DNA from: Takakia lepidozioides
Lineage: Eukaryota; Plantae; Bryophyta
Length of the DNA: 64,000 bases
Assembly (NCBI GenBank): GCA_030704615.1
Contig: CM060731.1
Span: 43,214,001 to 43,278,000, forward strand
Reading direction: 5' to 3'
The position numbers and the translations under genes are program-made. The first letter of the stretch is position 1; every line of letters starts with the position of its first letter. This document shows positions 1 to 13,294 of this stretch, piece after piece. Under the pieces are notes generated by a model that did not search any database, was not told where the DNA came from, and saw only the letters and a program-made list of their open reading frames with translations.

Positions 1-3000
1 AGTCTCCGAGCAGCACCAATTTGTGGTTGCCTTCTTGACAAGACTGGTCCGCCACCTCTTTCAAAAACTGAAGAGATCACCTCTGCTTTTTGTTGACCTT
101 CTCTTTTGGAAGACGAAAGAGGACTGTCATTGCATAACAGCTGACTACATAATTCACCAGTTGGGGGGGGATGCGGGTGGGAAAGGGAGGGCTCTCAGCA
201 AACAAAAGATAGCACCCAACATGCTTGACAGAAGGGCTTTACTAAGTGAGTCTCTAGGAGACGATGAGGACACAACAGTGCCGACCGTGTCCACTCTCTT
301 TCGTACTCAAAACAGGTATGCTATTCTCCACCCTGGAGGTTTGGGACAATGCTGAAAGGTCTGACTGTCTCAATCTTGGGAGGAATATGCACATCAAATG
401 ACTAACTTTCTGGAGTGACAATCATTTTTCTGTATGAAGGTAAAGTGTTTTAGTTAGTGCGCAGTGGTGGTTCCGGATTCTTCCTCTCCATTCTTCCCTG
501 CCACCTAGTCTACTGGTCTGTGGCTGCAAGTTCATGCAAGAATGAGTACATTATCCCTCTCTTTCACAAAACATTTACAGAAATGAAATGAAATGAAATG
601 GTGCTTTATAACGTCCGCGGAAAGCTCATAGAGCTTATGGGACAAAATGGAAGAAAACATGAGAGAGGAACAAATCCAGAAACCACAATTAATGTTCTAG
701 CGATTGTCTAAGGGTGAAGGCCTCGTGCAGGTAGGCTGCCAAGCACTTTCCCATAAAGAATTTTCCGTTGTGGTTACTGTGAGTGTATATCTCACACTTG
801 CTCTCTGTAAACAAGTGCACTATGGGGCAAGGACATAAGATCTTCTCAGTAAATTCTTGTTTAGGTACGTTTATTTTTGAAATATGGATATATCTTGATA
901 CTTATGGGGGAAGGAGAGAGGGTGGGTCAACAGTCAGGTGAAGGTGGAGGTTAGATATTATTACTTAAATTTTCATGAGATGTTGTTAGTTGAGACACCA
1001 CAATGTGCATCTGGCAGTGAAGTAGGAGGAGACCAAAATCAGAGGGGAAAAGTGAAGCGACAAAGAGCTATAAGGAAGCGAGGTCCTTTCAGTGACGAAC
1101 AGGAGGAACAAATTAAAGAGCTCTTTGAACAGTAAGTTGCTACTGTTTCCCTTGTTGGAGGTAAAACATTAATATAGTGGGTTATATCAGGCATTCTATA
1201 CAAAATAGTATTGCAGACGCACTTCAAGAGATCATGTTATTGCCAGGAAAAGTGCATGTCCATTTGCTTCCTTAGAATGAGAGTTATTTTTTCACATTGC
1301 CCATATCCTCAACCAGCAAATGCCTGTTGCTTCTGCATCCCTCAAAATTAGTCCCAAACCTAGTTTACATATCAAATACCAGGTACAAAGACAAGCGGAA
1401 CTGCTCCCAGCTTATCGCTCAGGAATTATCAGGTTCTGGCCCGGTGGGAGACTCCAATGATGCATTTTCAGCTGCCCAGGTGGGTCGTGCCCTGAAAAGG
1501 TTTGGTCTAAAACGTGTTGTCAAAGGAGTTAGAGGTTCCAATCTGCTACAGAACCTCAACAGTCTAGAGGATAGTGAGGACAATGATGATGGGGACAAAG
1601 AAGATTGCGAGGATTTATCTGCTGGTGGCAATGGAACCCTTCAAAGTCCAGAGGATGTCATGCAAGACTACAGTGGGCAAGAAGATGAGGAGGAGAGTGC
1701 TCCAGTTAACAAGAAGCAGGAGTTGAAGAGCAAGCACATAAGGGGCCAAGGGAGACACAATGGTGGAGAACTACTTGGTTTCGCCTCGGCCAAATCAACG
1801 AAGAACACATCAGTATTGTCTGACTTGTTAAGCGATGAGGAGGAAGGCATGCACAGTGATGGCGAGAATCATGAACATGAGATAGCTAGTAAATACAGAC
1901 ATGGGCATACTGATGGAAGTACTCAGGACGGTGACCCTGCTCGAGCGAGTGACCATGGATCTGAAGATGTAGATGAATTACCGACTGGTAAGTGCCCTTT
2001 CAAATGTTCTGTGTGACCATCTATGATTAGCAGCACCAATTACAGAACTCAGACTGACAAATGAGGTACTTTTGTGAAGTAGAGAACTCTGGCAGTTCCA
2101 TACCTTTTCTTCCAGCAGAGACTTGTGTCCTGTAGGGTCTATTGAATCTGTTGGATTGCAGTACAGTTCAGTTGCTTCCGCTAAACAGAATTTATCTGTA
2201 TCTCTTACAACTCTCGCTTCGTTCATCCGGTCTACCTGGTTCTCTCCTTTCATTACAAAGCACCATTTCATTTCATTTCGTTTCGTTTCTCCTTTCACTT
2301 AGCTGGGGGCTGAACATCTGTTTGATAGCATTTACCCTTATCAGTTAATCTCTCTCTTTTTCAAACAGCTTCCTCCATCCCCTCTACTGGGTTTTGTCCA
2401 TTGATTTAGCTTGTGGTGGGCTGTTGGTTCTTTCACTAGTTGTTGTTCAAGTTTATTGATATTTGTAGGCCTCTTCTGGGATCTCAGAGTAATTTTCTCT
2501 TTTACTGATTTTGACGGGCCAGAACTTCACCGAAGTGAACCCAGAGAGGAAGAACTACCGACCTCTGAGGGTCAAGGCAGCGGCATGACTGTTCCAGGTT
2601 ACACAAGCAGGGCCTTGCGTGCGTCATGGGGATCCCTGGCTCGCAAGAAAACCCATAAGGAAGGCAAGGGAAACAAGTGTACAAGTGAAGGGAACAGAAA
2701 CAATGCCGATGAAGCTGGTCAAATGAATGGAAATAGAATAGGTGGGGATGATAGTAGTGGCAATGAGCACCCAGTGGGGGGCCAAGTGGCCCTGAAGAAG
2801 ACTTATCAGAGACGGAAGAGATCTTTAGCCAGCAGGGGTCTGGCTTTAGTGGACTCACAACCAGGTCAGGCATGCAAGTCATCATGCAAGTAGTCTGTTC
2901 ATAGTTTAACATGGGATATTCTATGTCGGGTCATTTCCATGATTAATCAGTTTGAATTTGCTGTGAGATGCCAGGAGTTTTCTAATGATCAGCTTAACTC

Positions 3001-3728
3001 TCTGTACCAAAATTAAAGAAACTGTATGACGTCCACATATTTAGATATCTTGTATGAAGGTGTGGTGTGGTGCGTCTCTGAGAGATGTACTAGTGGATTT
3101 GGCTATTCACCTGCTTGTCGCTGCATATATGGAACCGATACCCAGTCAAGATAGACGAGAAAAAAGGGAGTGAGGGATGTTGATGGTTGGCTGTGTGATT
3201 CTAGCAGAAGACTCAGATGAAGACATGTGCCTGGCTGATTTCGCAAGGAGAGGCAAGCCAGTGCAAGCTCTTCCTCCTATGCAAGTGTCTACATATAGCG
3301 GAGAAAGAAAGGATTTGAAGCCAAAGAGAAGAAGGCTAGAGAAGAAACTTGTCACACAAGGCCTCCAGGTTAATGCTCCGCTCCGTACATTGGTTTTGTC
3401 TCTTCTTTCTGGTTTCTCCCTTTTGTCGCATAAGCTCTTTGAGCTTTCCATGGACGTTATGAAGTACCATTTCATTTCATTTCCAACCCAGCTTTCTCTG
3501 TCCCCTTGTCATCCCCTCTTTTGAATTGAATCTGTCATGTTACGCAGTCAATTCCCATCCAATGTCATAGCTTTGAGCAAGAGCGTTTCTTGTGGGCAGA
3601 TTGATGGGACCGATGAAAAGAACGTTGCAAGCAATTGCGAAGGAGTAGAGGGTGAGAGCGGTATAGAGGGAATAGGAAGTAGAGCTGCAAGGCAGGCAAG
3701 GGTGGTGGCCATGGACTCAGACGAGTAG
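1..3728 (+). CDS. TIMELESS: TIMELESS-family protein (replication fork protection), 3' part; the 5' end lies outside the window
   Basis: The peptide ...LKRSPLLFVDLLFWKTKEDCHCI is followed by FSDEQEEQIKELFEQ/YKDKRNCSQLIAQEL...FSAAQVGRALKRFGL, resembling the Timeless C-terminal region, and then an acidic low-complexity tail. Phase-consistent GT-AG exons: <1-315, 1018-1131, 1383-1987, 2523-2864, 3205/3208-3368 (NAGNAG acceptor) and 3600-3728 (TAG). Confidence 0.75.
581..680 (-). repeat. ~100-bp dispersed intronic element with a (GAAAT)n end; copies in opposite orientation at ~3391-3482 and (partial) ~2250-2290
   Basis: 581-680 (aaatgaaatg...gtgctttataacgtccgcggaaagctcatagagcttatgggacaaaa) aligns with the reverse complement of 3391-3482 (aaatgaaatggtacttcataacgtccatggaaagctcaaagagcttatgcgacaaaa). 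Confidence 0.75.
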
Positions 3729-4516
3729 TGATGCATCATTGTGAAAAGAGACAAGGAACTGCTCATAGTTGTGGTTTGAGCTTTCTCTGGTGGTATGTAC
3801 AACAATGTTTCTGATAATACCCATGTTTCTCGCGGTTATCCACCTGTCTTCAATCTTGGGTTGTATTCCAAGGAATTTGTTCAGTACCTTTGCTGAAGGT
3901 GCTGTTTCCCTTATCTGAATCTGTGAGCGATACTAACACTCTTGCATGTTGCTCCCTTTCCAACTTTTCCTGTTTTTATTGTATTGTACGGGGTATAACT
4001 TGGGAATAGTTTCAATTACCTTGCAATTATCAGATACACATTATGTGAACAATCCCACGCTTCAATTGTGTGCGGTGACTACAGAGTGTTGGTTTCTGAC
4101 ATGGAAAATTGGACATGACACAATCTTGCAAACCACAGTCCCTGGTGCAGTGGTAGCACATGCTAACAGTGGACAAGCCACTTATGTGTTGGGTGAAGTT
4201 TTGCAACTATTTGAGGTGATTCGAGTTTCCATAGCCGAGAGGACTAGCTGGAGGGTTGGGGATCTCGACGTAAAATGCTCGTTGCAGGACTCTACCTCAT
4301 GTAAAAACCGAGTGAATTCATATACATCTTTGAGTGGCAAAAGTATCTGACAAGAGAATGACTCAACATCATAGCAGGAAAAGCGGAAAATAATTTTATT
4401 AACCAGTGTTGGGAGGTTCTTTGGTTCAGCTACAAATGAAGGTTATCAAGAAGGTTATGTGGATATATAACCGCAGCTCTTGAAAAGACAAAAAACCGAC
4501 AAAGGCGGGTCGGAAC

Positions 4517-4979
4517 TAGTGTTGGTCTGGTATCAGGTTTTTCACTTACCAGCCTGGTCGTGGTACCAGCCCCATCACAAAACTTTCATACCAAGTCTGG
4601 TCTATATAATGGTGGATGTATTTTTTTCCAGATACTGGTATGAGTATGAGTATCATGACCACAATACCAGCTGGTATGAGATATCAATTCTGGTGTCATT
4701 CCAAAGCCATTTGACTTGCAAGTTTATCAAATATCAAGTGGAAACAAATACAATAAACATAAAATAAATATAAATAGGTACATGTATGTCCACAGAAACT
4801 ACTATAATACACAATGAGGAAGACGGCGGGGGGTACTGGTATTGTGGCTGGTATGAGAAAACGGACACCAGCCTGGTTTGGTATATGACCTGGTATTGTA
4901 GAACTTAAGACCAGGCTAATCTGGTCCGTGATACCAGCGTTGATACTCGGGTCTGATACCCATACCAGACCAATCACTG
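4517..4979. mobile_element. Non-autonomous hAT element (MITE), 463 bp
   Basis: TIRs TAGTG-TTGGTCTGGTAT and (rc) CAGTGATTGGTCTGGTAT. 8-bp TSD GTCGGAAC (4509-4516) and GTCGTAAC (4980-4987), with 1 mismatch. Many internal TACCAG/CTGGTA subterminal repeats. Confidence 0.8.
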
Positions 4980-5045
4980 GTCGTAACTGCCAGTCGGAAG
5001 AGCCCTAACGTAGGGTTTACATTACTACCTAATATATGTCAAGAA

Positions 5046-5353
5046 ACCGACCACATTCATTTACTTTACCGCTGCTTATTCTACCTTCTTTCATCCGACG
5101 ACTTTTTTGTCACGCGTATAAGACCTTCATCCATCGATAAGGCAGATCGGTGGATGACGGATGGACGAAAAGTGGCGAAACCTCAATGAATGGCGAAAAC
5201 AAACGGACCGACTACTGCATCCTACCACGCGGTGCCACGTCACCAGAGCTGACTTCGATCGGATCGCTGCTACACTGGCCTAGTAGGAACGCGCCACGAT
5301 TTCCACACGCGTCCTATGTCCTGCCAGTTGTCATCTGTTCATTCGTCACCGAC
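5046..5353. promoter_or_regulatory. Cluster of ABA/dehydration cis-elements upstream of the ASR gene
   Basis: ABRE ACGTGGC (minus, 5234-5240), CE3-like ACGCGTGTG (minus, 5304-5312), and DRE/CRT ACCGAC at 5046, 5207 and 5348; 0.5-0.8 kb upstream of the ATG at 5851. Confidence 0.5.
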
Positions 5354-5850
5354 GCCTGGGCGAGATGAATGAAGATCATCCATCATCTACCTCAACAATT
5401 TTCGGATGAAATATTTTCGAAAAAGGGGCCCGGGCCCAGTAATTATCCAGATCGCTTTCTTCCGTGTCCTTCTAAGCGCATCCCGTCCACAAGCGATCGT
5501 GGGATCGAATCCAATATTTCAGACATAATTAGATGCTAGAAGGGATTCCTTGTTATCTGAAATATTATTATTGTTGGCTACCCAATCATCAGGTTTAGAC
5601 AAGGTGTGCTGGCATGGTTCATTCATCCACTGTGTCATCCATCAGAATCCAGACCACCGGACCTGACGCCGAGCCACTCTCCGGAGCTATGCCGGGCCTG
5701 GACCGTGTTCTTCAAATGCAGGTGTTCCCAGCTCATCTTCTCCATCCCCCCTCTCTCTCCCCCTCTCTCTCTGCGATTCCTTGTTGTGGGAGTCTCGGGC
5801 GTTTCCTCGTTCGATATCGGAGTTGTGTGAGTTAGATATCTTCAGTCACC

Positions 5851-6697
5851 ATGTCGGAACACCACCGCCACCACCACCGCAGCGAGGAGGAGGAGGAGGG
5901 GAATTACGGAGGTGAGAGTGGTTTTGAGGGGCAGAGACCTGGCTACGGCCATCCTGAAAGCGGGTATGGTAACGTCCCTGTGGCCGTGGAAAGCACTGAT
6001 GTGTACACGACGCAGCACCAGCTTGATGACGGTCGGACTGCCGAGACGCAGGTGACCAGGCACAAGAGAGAGGAGGTTATTGGAGGACTTGGTGCATTGG
6101 CCGCCACTGGCCTAGCAGCGGTGAGCGATCTGCCTCCCTTGTGTCGAAACCAGAAATTGAGGGATGTGTGTGTGTGCCGGAATGAAGTTTCTGAAACATT
6201 TCGCTGTCTTGGGTTGCTATGTGGCGATGGAGATGTGATAATTTACCTTTTCATTGTGATGCATTGTCGCTATGAAACCTGAATTTGCATTATTTGTAAC
6301 TGACAATTTTCTGGATTCATGGAGAGTGAGGAGAACGCAAGATCTCCTTGGTAGTGTGATCATAGTGTGGAAATTTGTGGAGGATTGAGGAATTGGTGCC
6401 ATGGAAAGCGGTCTTCTTCTGTCAAATTGAATGGGTGGGATTTCCGGTTCTTCGCTGAACTGAAGTGTGGGTACCTACTGTTTGGTTTGTGTGCAGTACG
6501 AAGGGTATGAGGTAAAGGCAGATCCTGAGAATGCTCGCAGGCACAGACTGGAGGAGGAAGCGGCAGCTGGTGTTGGTGTGGGCGCAGCAGGGTTGGGGGT
6601 TTATGGGGGTTATGAGGCAGCGCAAGATAAGAAGGGTAACCGGCCGGAGGAAGGAGGGGAGGGTGAAGGGAAAGAGAAGAAGCATGGCTGGTTCTAG
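5851..6697 (+). CDS. ASR: ABA/WDS-domain (abscisic acid, stress, ripening) protein
   Basis: Two exons, 5851-6120 and 6497-6697 (GT-AG, phase 0). His-rich N-terminus; HKREEVIGGLGALAATGLAA|YEGYEVKADPENARRHRLEEEAAAGVGVGAAG matches the ABA/WDS pattern; ends KKHGWF. Confidence 0.75.
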
Positions 6698-7039
6698 ATT
6701 GAAAACTGTGATAACTGGAAAACTGTAATTTTGTGGTCCTTGGTGAATTGTGGGGATCGTTTGCAGGCACCGTCGTTTGTTTTTTGGAAACCAAATTGCA
6801 CGACATTGTTTTTTTTTTTTTGGGTACAACCTGGGAGCGACTGCTTACAATTCCATTGTTTTCACTCTGGTTAATCCGTTTTTAATCTATGGAAGATTCT
6901 CGGCCGAGATTTGGCTCCTGAACGTTGTGAACTGAATGTTTCTGAATGTCAATTTTTATAATCACTACAACTGTATATTACCTTGTTTACATCATTGTTC
7001 AAAGTTTTGCTGCGACATAGTTTTCAAACTACCCACCTG

Positions 7040-7158
7040 TAACGTACTAGAGAACGTGCCGTGTTGGGCCGATTCTGCCCTGTAAGCGGCCTTTGGGCGA
7101 GCCCTGTGGCCCGCGCACAGGGCCGAGTTAGCCCAACACGGCCCGTACACTGGCGTTA
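7040..7158. repeat. Short GC-rich foldback (possible tiny MITE)
   Basis: CCGTGTTGGGC (7059-7069) pairs with GCCCAACACGG (7131-7141); imperfect pairing extends outwards. No clean TSD. Confidence 0.45.
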
Positions 7159-10100
7159 AGAGCATGTTGTTGACGCCACTTGGTGCAACATGATTGAGTT
7201 CAATTATCCCATATCCATTACCCAGATTTAGAAGAACGGGTCCAACCGTAGGGTCTGCTCGCAGCGCCGCAGACAGCCCTGGCCTCGCAACTAAATTTTT
7301 TCGAGAAAACTCGCCCATCAAATAGACTATCATTAATGCACATGCAGCACCAGTTAGAAACTATCATTTCACATGCAGCGCCAGCCAGAGTTGAACCCGA
7401 AACCTCACTAATATCATTCAATTTGCCAAACCACCACACTACCCGTTACTTGCTACCACACTAGTGAGAATATATAGAACATACATGAATTGGAAAAGAA
7501 TAGGTAGTAGCGGCGCACCGCCGAACAAACAAGACCCTAGAAAAGTTAGTGAGGAAGCCACAACCACATATGTAAGTATCCAGGCTGCTCTAGCAAACCA
7601 TGCTCTAAGAGGATTATTGTGACAGTAACTAAGCCAAATTGGCAAGAGAGGAGAGGAGTTCTAGGAAGAGAAATTTACATTAGCTAGCTGTGACATGATG
7701 AAAACACCCATTGTCCCAAATATCAGTAAAGTGAGACAGCCCAACAGCTTCCTAGTGTGACTAACGGGCAGAGCAGGGGATAAGTGCCTCGACATCTCTG
7801 TTGTAATTACCAAATAAGGGTTGTTTGAGAACCTCATCCAAGATGGTAGGACTTAATTGAGAGAGAAAACGTCTCAATGTAGTCCAAGCATGCCAAATAG
7901 TATGCCAAGCCTTTGAGCCCCGGTCTGGGCTGCGATCATATCTCCCTCCCTGGCACCCACTTGAGGGAAGGGGGCCAAATCTGAGAAGTGGAGGGGATTG
8001 CTGTCATCAGATAGCTACGGACCAAGATGCTCCAGGGACTATGAAGGTGAGCGAAGACAGGGGCCAGTAATGCCAGAAGTGTGGATCAATGATACCGACA
8101 TCACCATTTTATTTTATTTTTATTTTTTATTTTATTTATTTTTTCTGAGAAAGTTGATTCTAGTTAACCCGATGCATGTTTGTTGGTATGAATGGAAGTA
8201 CCCCCCCATAAGAAATTATGGACAAGGGTCTTAATCTGAGAAATGGCGGCTCAATCCAAGAGTCCACACCGCCACAATGAACCAAGTGGAGGGTAGCAAC
8301 ATTTAATTTAACAATCAAGGCATTTCCTGCAATGGAGAGGTGTCTTGAACACCATTAAGCAAGCTTTTTCTTTAATTTGGTCATGACAACGTCACATCTT
8401 TGCTCATCAGTCAAACCCTGCCCAATGAGGTGCCCTAGCAGAATATGTGAACAACCAAACCAATTAAGCCCCAAGTCGTGGCCCCACGGGGCAATCGAGG
8501 GTCTTGGTGGTGGTTGTTTGTGAGACCCCGCCGACACCTACAGAAGTATATATAGGGAGTAGTAACCCCGAGAACAGTGCAAGCCCGTTAGGTGACCAAA
8601 AGCTAGTGAGTAACCAAGCGAGCCCGGAAAGCGACCAAAGTGTGGGGGAGTTATTCCGGACTGCCAACTACCATCCACTGGGCCGACTGTTAGAGGGTCT
8701 CATGGGGGAGCAAGGGAGACCGTTATGTCCCGGTGACACTACAACAGAAATCGGTTTTTTCCACGGTATGGGGGTCTCACACTTGTCACATTCCACGGCT
8801 TTTCTCGCGGCTATGTGGATTGAGCTAAGGTGTGGGTCAAATTATGGCCTAAGTGTGGGGTGTCCCACATGTTCACCACACCCCAGGCAAGAACGGTGTG
8901 AAAACAGCCATGAGCGTGACTAGGGTTGGCTTAGTTTACATAGAATGTTACACACATATGTAAAATGGGAACAAAGAATTTCCAGATTGTGGTGTATGGG
9001 GAGTATGAGTACTGCTCTGCAAACAGAATAAGTTATGAACCAATATGGCCCTCGGAAAATTATCATGAGCTTCATGTTCATGTTCGTGTTCAAAAATCTA
9101 TTATATATTCCATGTAATTATGTGAAGGTATTTTTAGCTTAAATAATTCACATGTTATCGTCCGTCGGGCTATCCGCCACTCTCCGCCGCGAGTGTAAGC
9201 CTTATGGCAGCCTGAGGGCATCAAGGGTTTTAATTTTTTGCCCTTCAATAATTCTAATAAAATCCTATCAGGGTCTTTCCCTGTTCAGCAAACAAAAAAT
9301 AAAAAATAAAAAAAAATCACATAATTACATGGAATGTTTATTTATTTTATATAGTGCTGGGGTGCAAAACGTTCAAAAAGTTTAAAAGTTGCATCGAATT
9401 TAGGGTTGCTAGGTCCGCAGTGTACAGGGCTGGGTTTTTGGGGCTTCTGCGTCTTCTTAGTGCCAAAGCATCGTCGATCACAGCATCTTAAGCAGAGATC
9501 TTTGAGTTGAATCACTCCTGCTTCCACAGCAGACGCAGCAGCCCAGATTGGATTATCTGAGCTTTAGTGTGATCCAGAAGTAAGTCTTGAAAGTGCACGG
9601 TTCTTGTTTGTACATGGAGAAGAGGTCTGTCACGTCAAGGAGGAGAATAGACCCCTGATTGAGGAGGAGGGCGAGGTCGGCGATCATGGTTGCCATCACT
9701 CTCATAAGAAGCAGCCCGTGCTGAGGAACAAGTGGTAGGGCAGCGCGAGAGCATGACGACGAGGATTACTCCCGGTGTGGAAGCTAATCTTGTGGGCAGC
9801 ATGCACCTGAGCGCAACCAGGATGCCATTGCTTACGTTGGAAACCTGGATTCCCAGGTGTGGCTTTCGTTCCCTTCTATTTCCTTTCTCGTGCAAAATGT
9901 ACTCGGGTAATTTCACTGGGGTTTGGGTTTGGGCCAGTATGGGAAAATGGGAAAATGGCATTGATCCTGGGTATCATCCGTTTCAATAGGCTTTCTGTGG
10001 GGAGGGTAGCAATTCTGGAGAAGATTATGACCATGAGCCATTAAGCTGAATGTTGTCCGCAGCCATGGACCCTGGTCGTGAGACCTACATTGGAGTTGGT

Positions 10101-10798
10101 GGGGGGTTCCCTGTTCGTCGAATGGAATTTGTTTTTTTTTCTATCTTTCCGCTCTCTAACAAGAACGAAGGTGGTCAGGGAGCCTGATGGAAACTGAGTA
10201 TGTTTCTTTCATGCATTTAGAAGCCTGGTGTCATATGTGCTGATTCAATGCCCGCATAAAGAATCACTTGAAGGAATTGTTACTTCCTGTAGTTTCCTCT
10301 CAACCACATCTCGTTGTTGTCTTCAGAAGCTGGTAGGCATGGCAGAGCATAAGGTGAAGAAGCAGCTCTGCCTGTGAACTGTATGGTTTAACAGTCGAAG
10401 CCCTAAACCCTGAACATCTCAGGAAGTGAACGCAACCTGGTAGCCATTTGTTTTGGTTGGGACAAAAAAATTCTGTCACTGTGTAATTCTCCCTGCGAGG
10501 GTTGCTGATGATAAATGTGGTCCTTAACACAAATACAATGGATGGTGGGTACCAATCTGCAGAATTCAAGTTTATTCAAGTTCCTTCACTAATTCCCGTT
10601 CTGGCATGGTTGTGACGAACTTTTCCGCCATCGTTCACCTTGCAAACTGGAAGCTCTCAGCGAGAACCGTGTCTTTCCCTCATTTTGTCATTGGTAGAAC
10701 AAACGTTGATAATCCTTGTGAGGCTTAATTAGGCGGCTTCCCAATCGCTGACGACGTTGCTTCTTCGATCTGACTCTCCTGGTCTGTCTCTTGCTTAG

Positions 10799-11798
10799 GT
10801 GCATCAAGATGTAAGGTCTGGAAGCTGGAAAGCAGGTGCACACTCACATTATCCAAAGTGGATTGACGTCAAATGTTTTTCTACTCAACACCTTTGTTGA
10901 CATGTATGTTAAGTGTGGGAGCATCATGGATGCTCACCAAGTGTTCAACAGAGTGCCTCAACGATCTTTGATCACGTGGAATATAATGCTGGCTGGATTT
11001 ACCAAGCATGGGTGTTAGGAATGCTTTGCAGACCTATGAGCAAATGCTGCGCGAAGGGGTGAAGCCCCACCACATCACAGTTGTTTGTGTTTGCAATGCG
11101 TGTGCAAGCCTGGGAGCTCTGGAAAAGGGGAAAGAGGTCCATGGTGACATCGTCAAAGTTGGAATTGTACCAGATGTCATTGTGAACACTGCCCTGGTGG
11201 ACATGTATGCCAAATGTGGGTGCATTGAGGATGCGAAGGGAGTTTCAACACTATGGCAACGAGATGTGGTGTCATGGAACGTGATGCTTGCAGGGTATGT
11301 ATAGCAGGGATGTGGTATGGAGGCTTTGGAGACCTATGATCAAATGATGGGGGAAGGGGGGAAGCCTGACCACATCATGTTTGTGTGCATTTGTAATGCG
11401 TATTCAAGCCACAGTTATTTGTGTTCTCAATGTTGGTGCCAACCTGGTGGCCCTGGAGAAGGGCAAAGATATCCATGCTGACATTATCAAAGCTGGAATT
11501 TCGTCATATATTAATTGGGAGACTGCCCTTGTTAACATGTATGCCAAATTTGGGAGTGTAAGGGAGGCCTGTCTAGTGCTCAAAAGTATGGCTGAGCGCC
11601 GTCTTTCTTGACCATTTGTGTGGGACCATTCTTGCAGCCCTGGAAAATGGCAAGGAGGTCCATGCTGCCATCATCAAAGCTGGAATTGGGCAAGATGTCA
11701 CTCGGGAGACTACCCTTGTGGACATGTATGCCAAATGTGGAAGCATGGCCGGTGCTCGTGGAGTATTTGACAATATGTTACATCAAAATGTGGGATAG
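10799..11798 (+). pseudogene. PLS-class PPR gene fragment (N-terminal repeats)
   Basis: Repeats such as VHTHIIQSG...[45 protein letters not shown] and [12 protein letters not shown], broken by frameshifts and stops. Confidence 0.9.
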
Positions 11799-12539
11799 AT
11801 CCTTTCATGAATTCATGCTACATGTATTTGTGACGAGAAGCAGGGGGTTGCCCCTCTAGATTTATACCAAATTCAGAATAGTGTTGCCCTCCTGGAGGCC
11901 TGGTGTGCTGGTGTAGGAAACAGACAGAACAGGATGGAGTATACCAGGTGCTCCTGCCAAACCTGCCAAGTTTGCAGAAAGGTTTGTGTCCTTTCTCTCG
12001 TTTCATGATGCAAGTGATGATTTGTTCTTCTGATTGGTTACTTGCCATATATGTTTGGAGGGTTCAGAAGCTAGTGACTTGTTCTCTACCTATAGAAATA
12101 AGAAGAGCAGCAATCCAGGGATAGGAGCATGTGGGTGTCATGTAAAAGTTGTCTCTAATTCGCTCCAAAATTGTCTGTTGTGATTTTTGTGCTTGTAGAC
12201 ATAGAGCAATAATGAGGATATACAGGCCAATCCTCAGAGCCATGGTGGCTAGTCCCCTGACCACAATGAGGCCACAATGTAAGTGCTGCAACGGTTCTCT
12301 TTTCCATCTTTTTCTCAAATGTCCATCTTCTATCATCATAAAAACTGCCTGGACTTGCCAGGTTACTGAAGCTTCCGTTCATTACGTCTTATGAGTACAT
12401 TCTCGATCCCTCTCCTGTATCTTACTTCACATTGTCGAGGGTATTCTCACCAGAGACTGACCCTCTTCAGGAACATCAAGAACATTGTGTCTGCACCTCT
12501 CTCCACCAACTTTGAAAATCTGAAGGCTAAGCCTAAAGC

Positions 12540-13208
12540 CCTGGACATGTATGTTAAGTGCGGGAGCGCTCACCAAGTGTTCAACAGAATGCCTCAACAA
12601 TCTTTGATCACGTGGAATATAATGTGACAGGATTTACCAAGCATGGGTGTGGTAGGAATGCTTTGGAGACCTATGAGCAAATTCTGTGCGAAGGGGTGAA
12701 GCCCAACTACATCACATTTGTTTGTGTTTGCAATGCGTGTGCAAGCCTCGGAGCTCTGGAAAAGGGGAAAGAGGTCCATGGTGACATCGTCAAAGCTGGA
12801 ATTGTACCAGATGTCATTGTGAACACTGCCCTGGTGGACATGTATGCCAAGTGTGGGTGCATTAAGGATGCGAAGGGAGTTTTCAACACTATGGCTGAAC
12901 GAGATTGGTGTCATGGAACGCGAGCCTGGCAGCTCTGGAAAAGGGCAAAGAGGTCCATGGCGACATTGTCAGAGCTGCAATTGTACCAAATGTCATCCTG
13001 AACAATACCGTCGTGGACATGAATGAAGGGAGTGTTCGACAGTATGGCTGAACGAGATGTGGTGTTGTGGAGGGCGATAATTGCAGGATATGCACAGCAC
13101 GGGCACGGGATGGAGGCTTCGGAGACCTATGAGCAAATGATGGGGGAAGGGGTGAAGCCCGACCGCATAACGTTTGTTTGCATTTGCAAAGCGTGTGCAA
13201 GCCTGGCA
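12540..13208 (+). pseudogene. PLS-class PPR fragment, close paralogue of 10899-11260
   Basis: Nearly the same nucleotide sequence as 10899-11260 (gacatgtatgttaagtg...ctcaccaagtgttcaacaga...), with PPR motifs, frameshifts and internal deletions. Confidence 0.88.
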
Positions 13209-13294
13209 GAGAACACATATAAAGGTGATACTGTCCGGCTTCAAGCCGTTCTTTTACATTCCTTCAGATAGTTGCAGGACCTCCCTATGACAAC

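Noticed and set aside
8737-8925. CACTA element end (CACTACAACAGAAA with CCACA/TGTGG subterminal repeats)
   Set aside because: Plausible left end, but no matching right TIR or 3-bp TSD was found in the window.
9400-10800. Spliced 5' leader feeding the PPR cluster (donor-like sites at ~9581 and ~9858)
   Set aside because: Splice-like sites exist, but no coding signal or transcript evidence supports a model.
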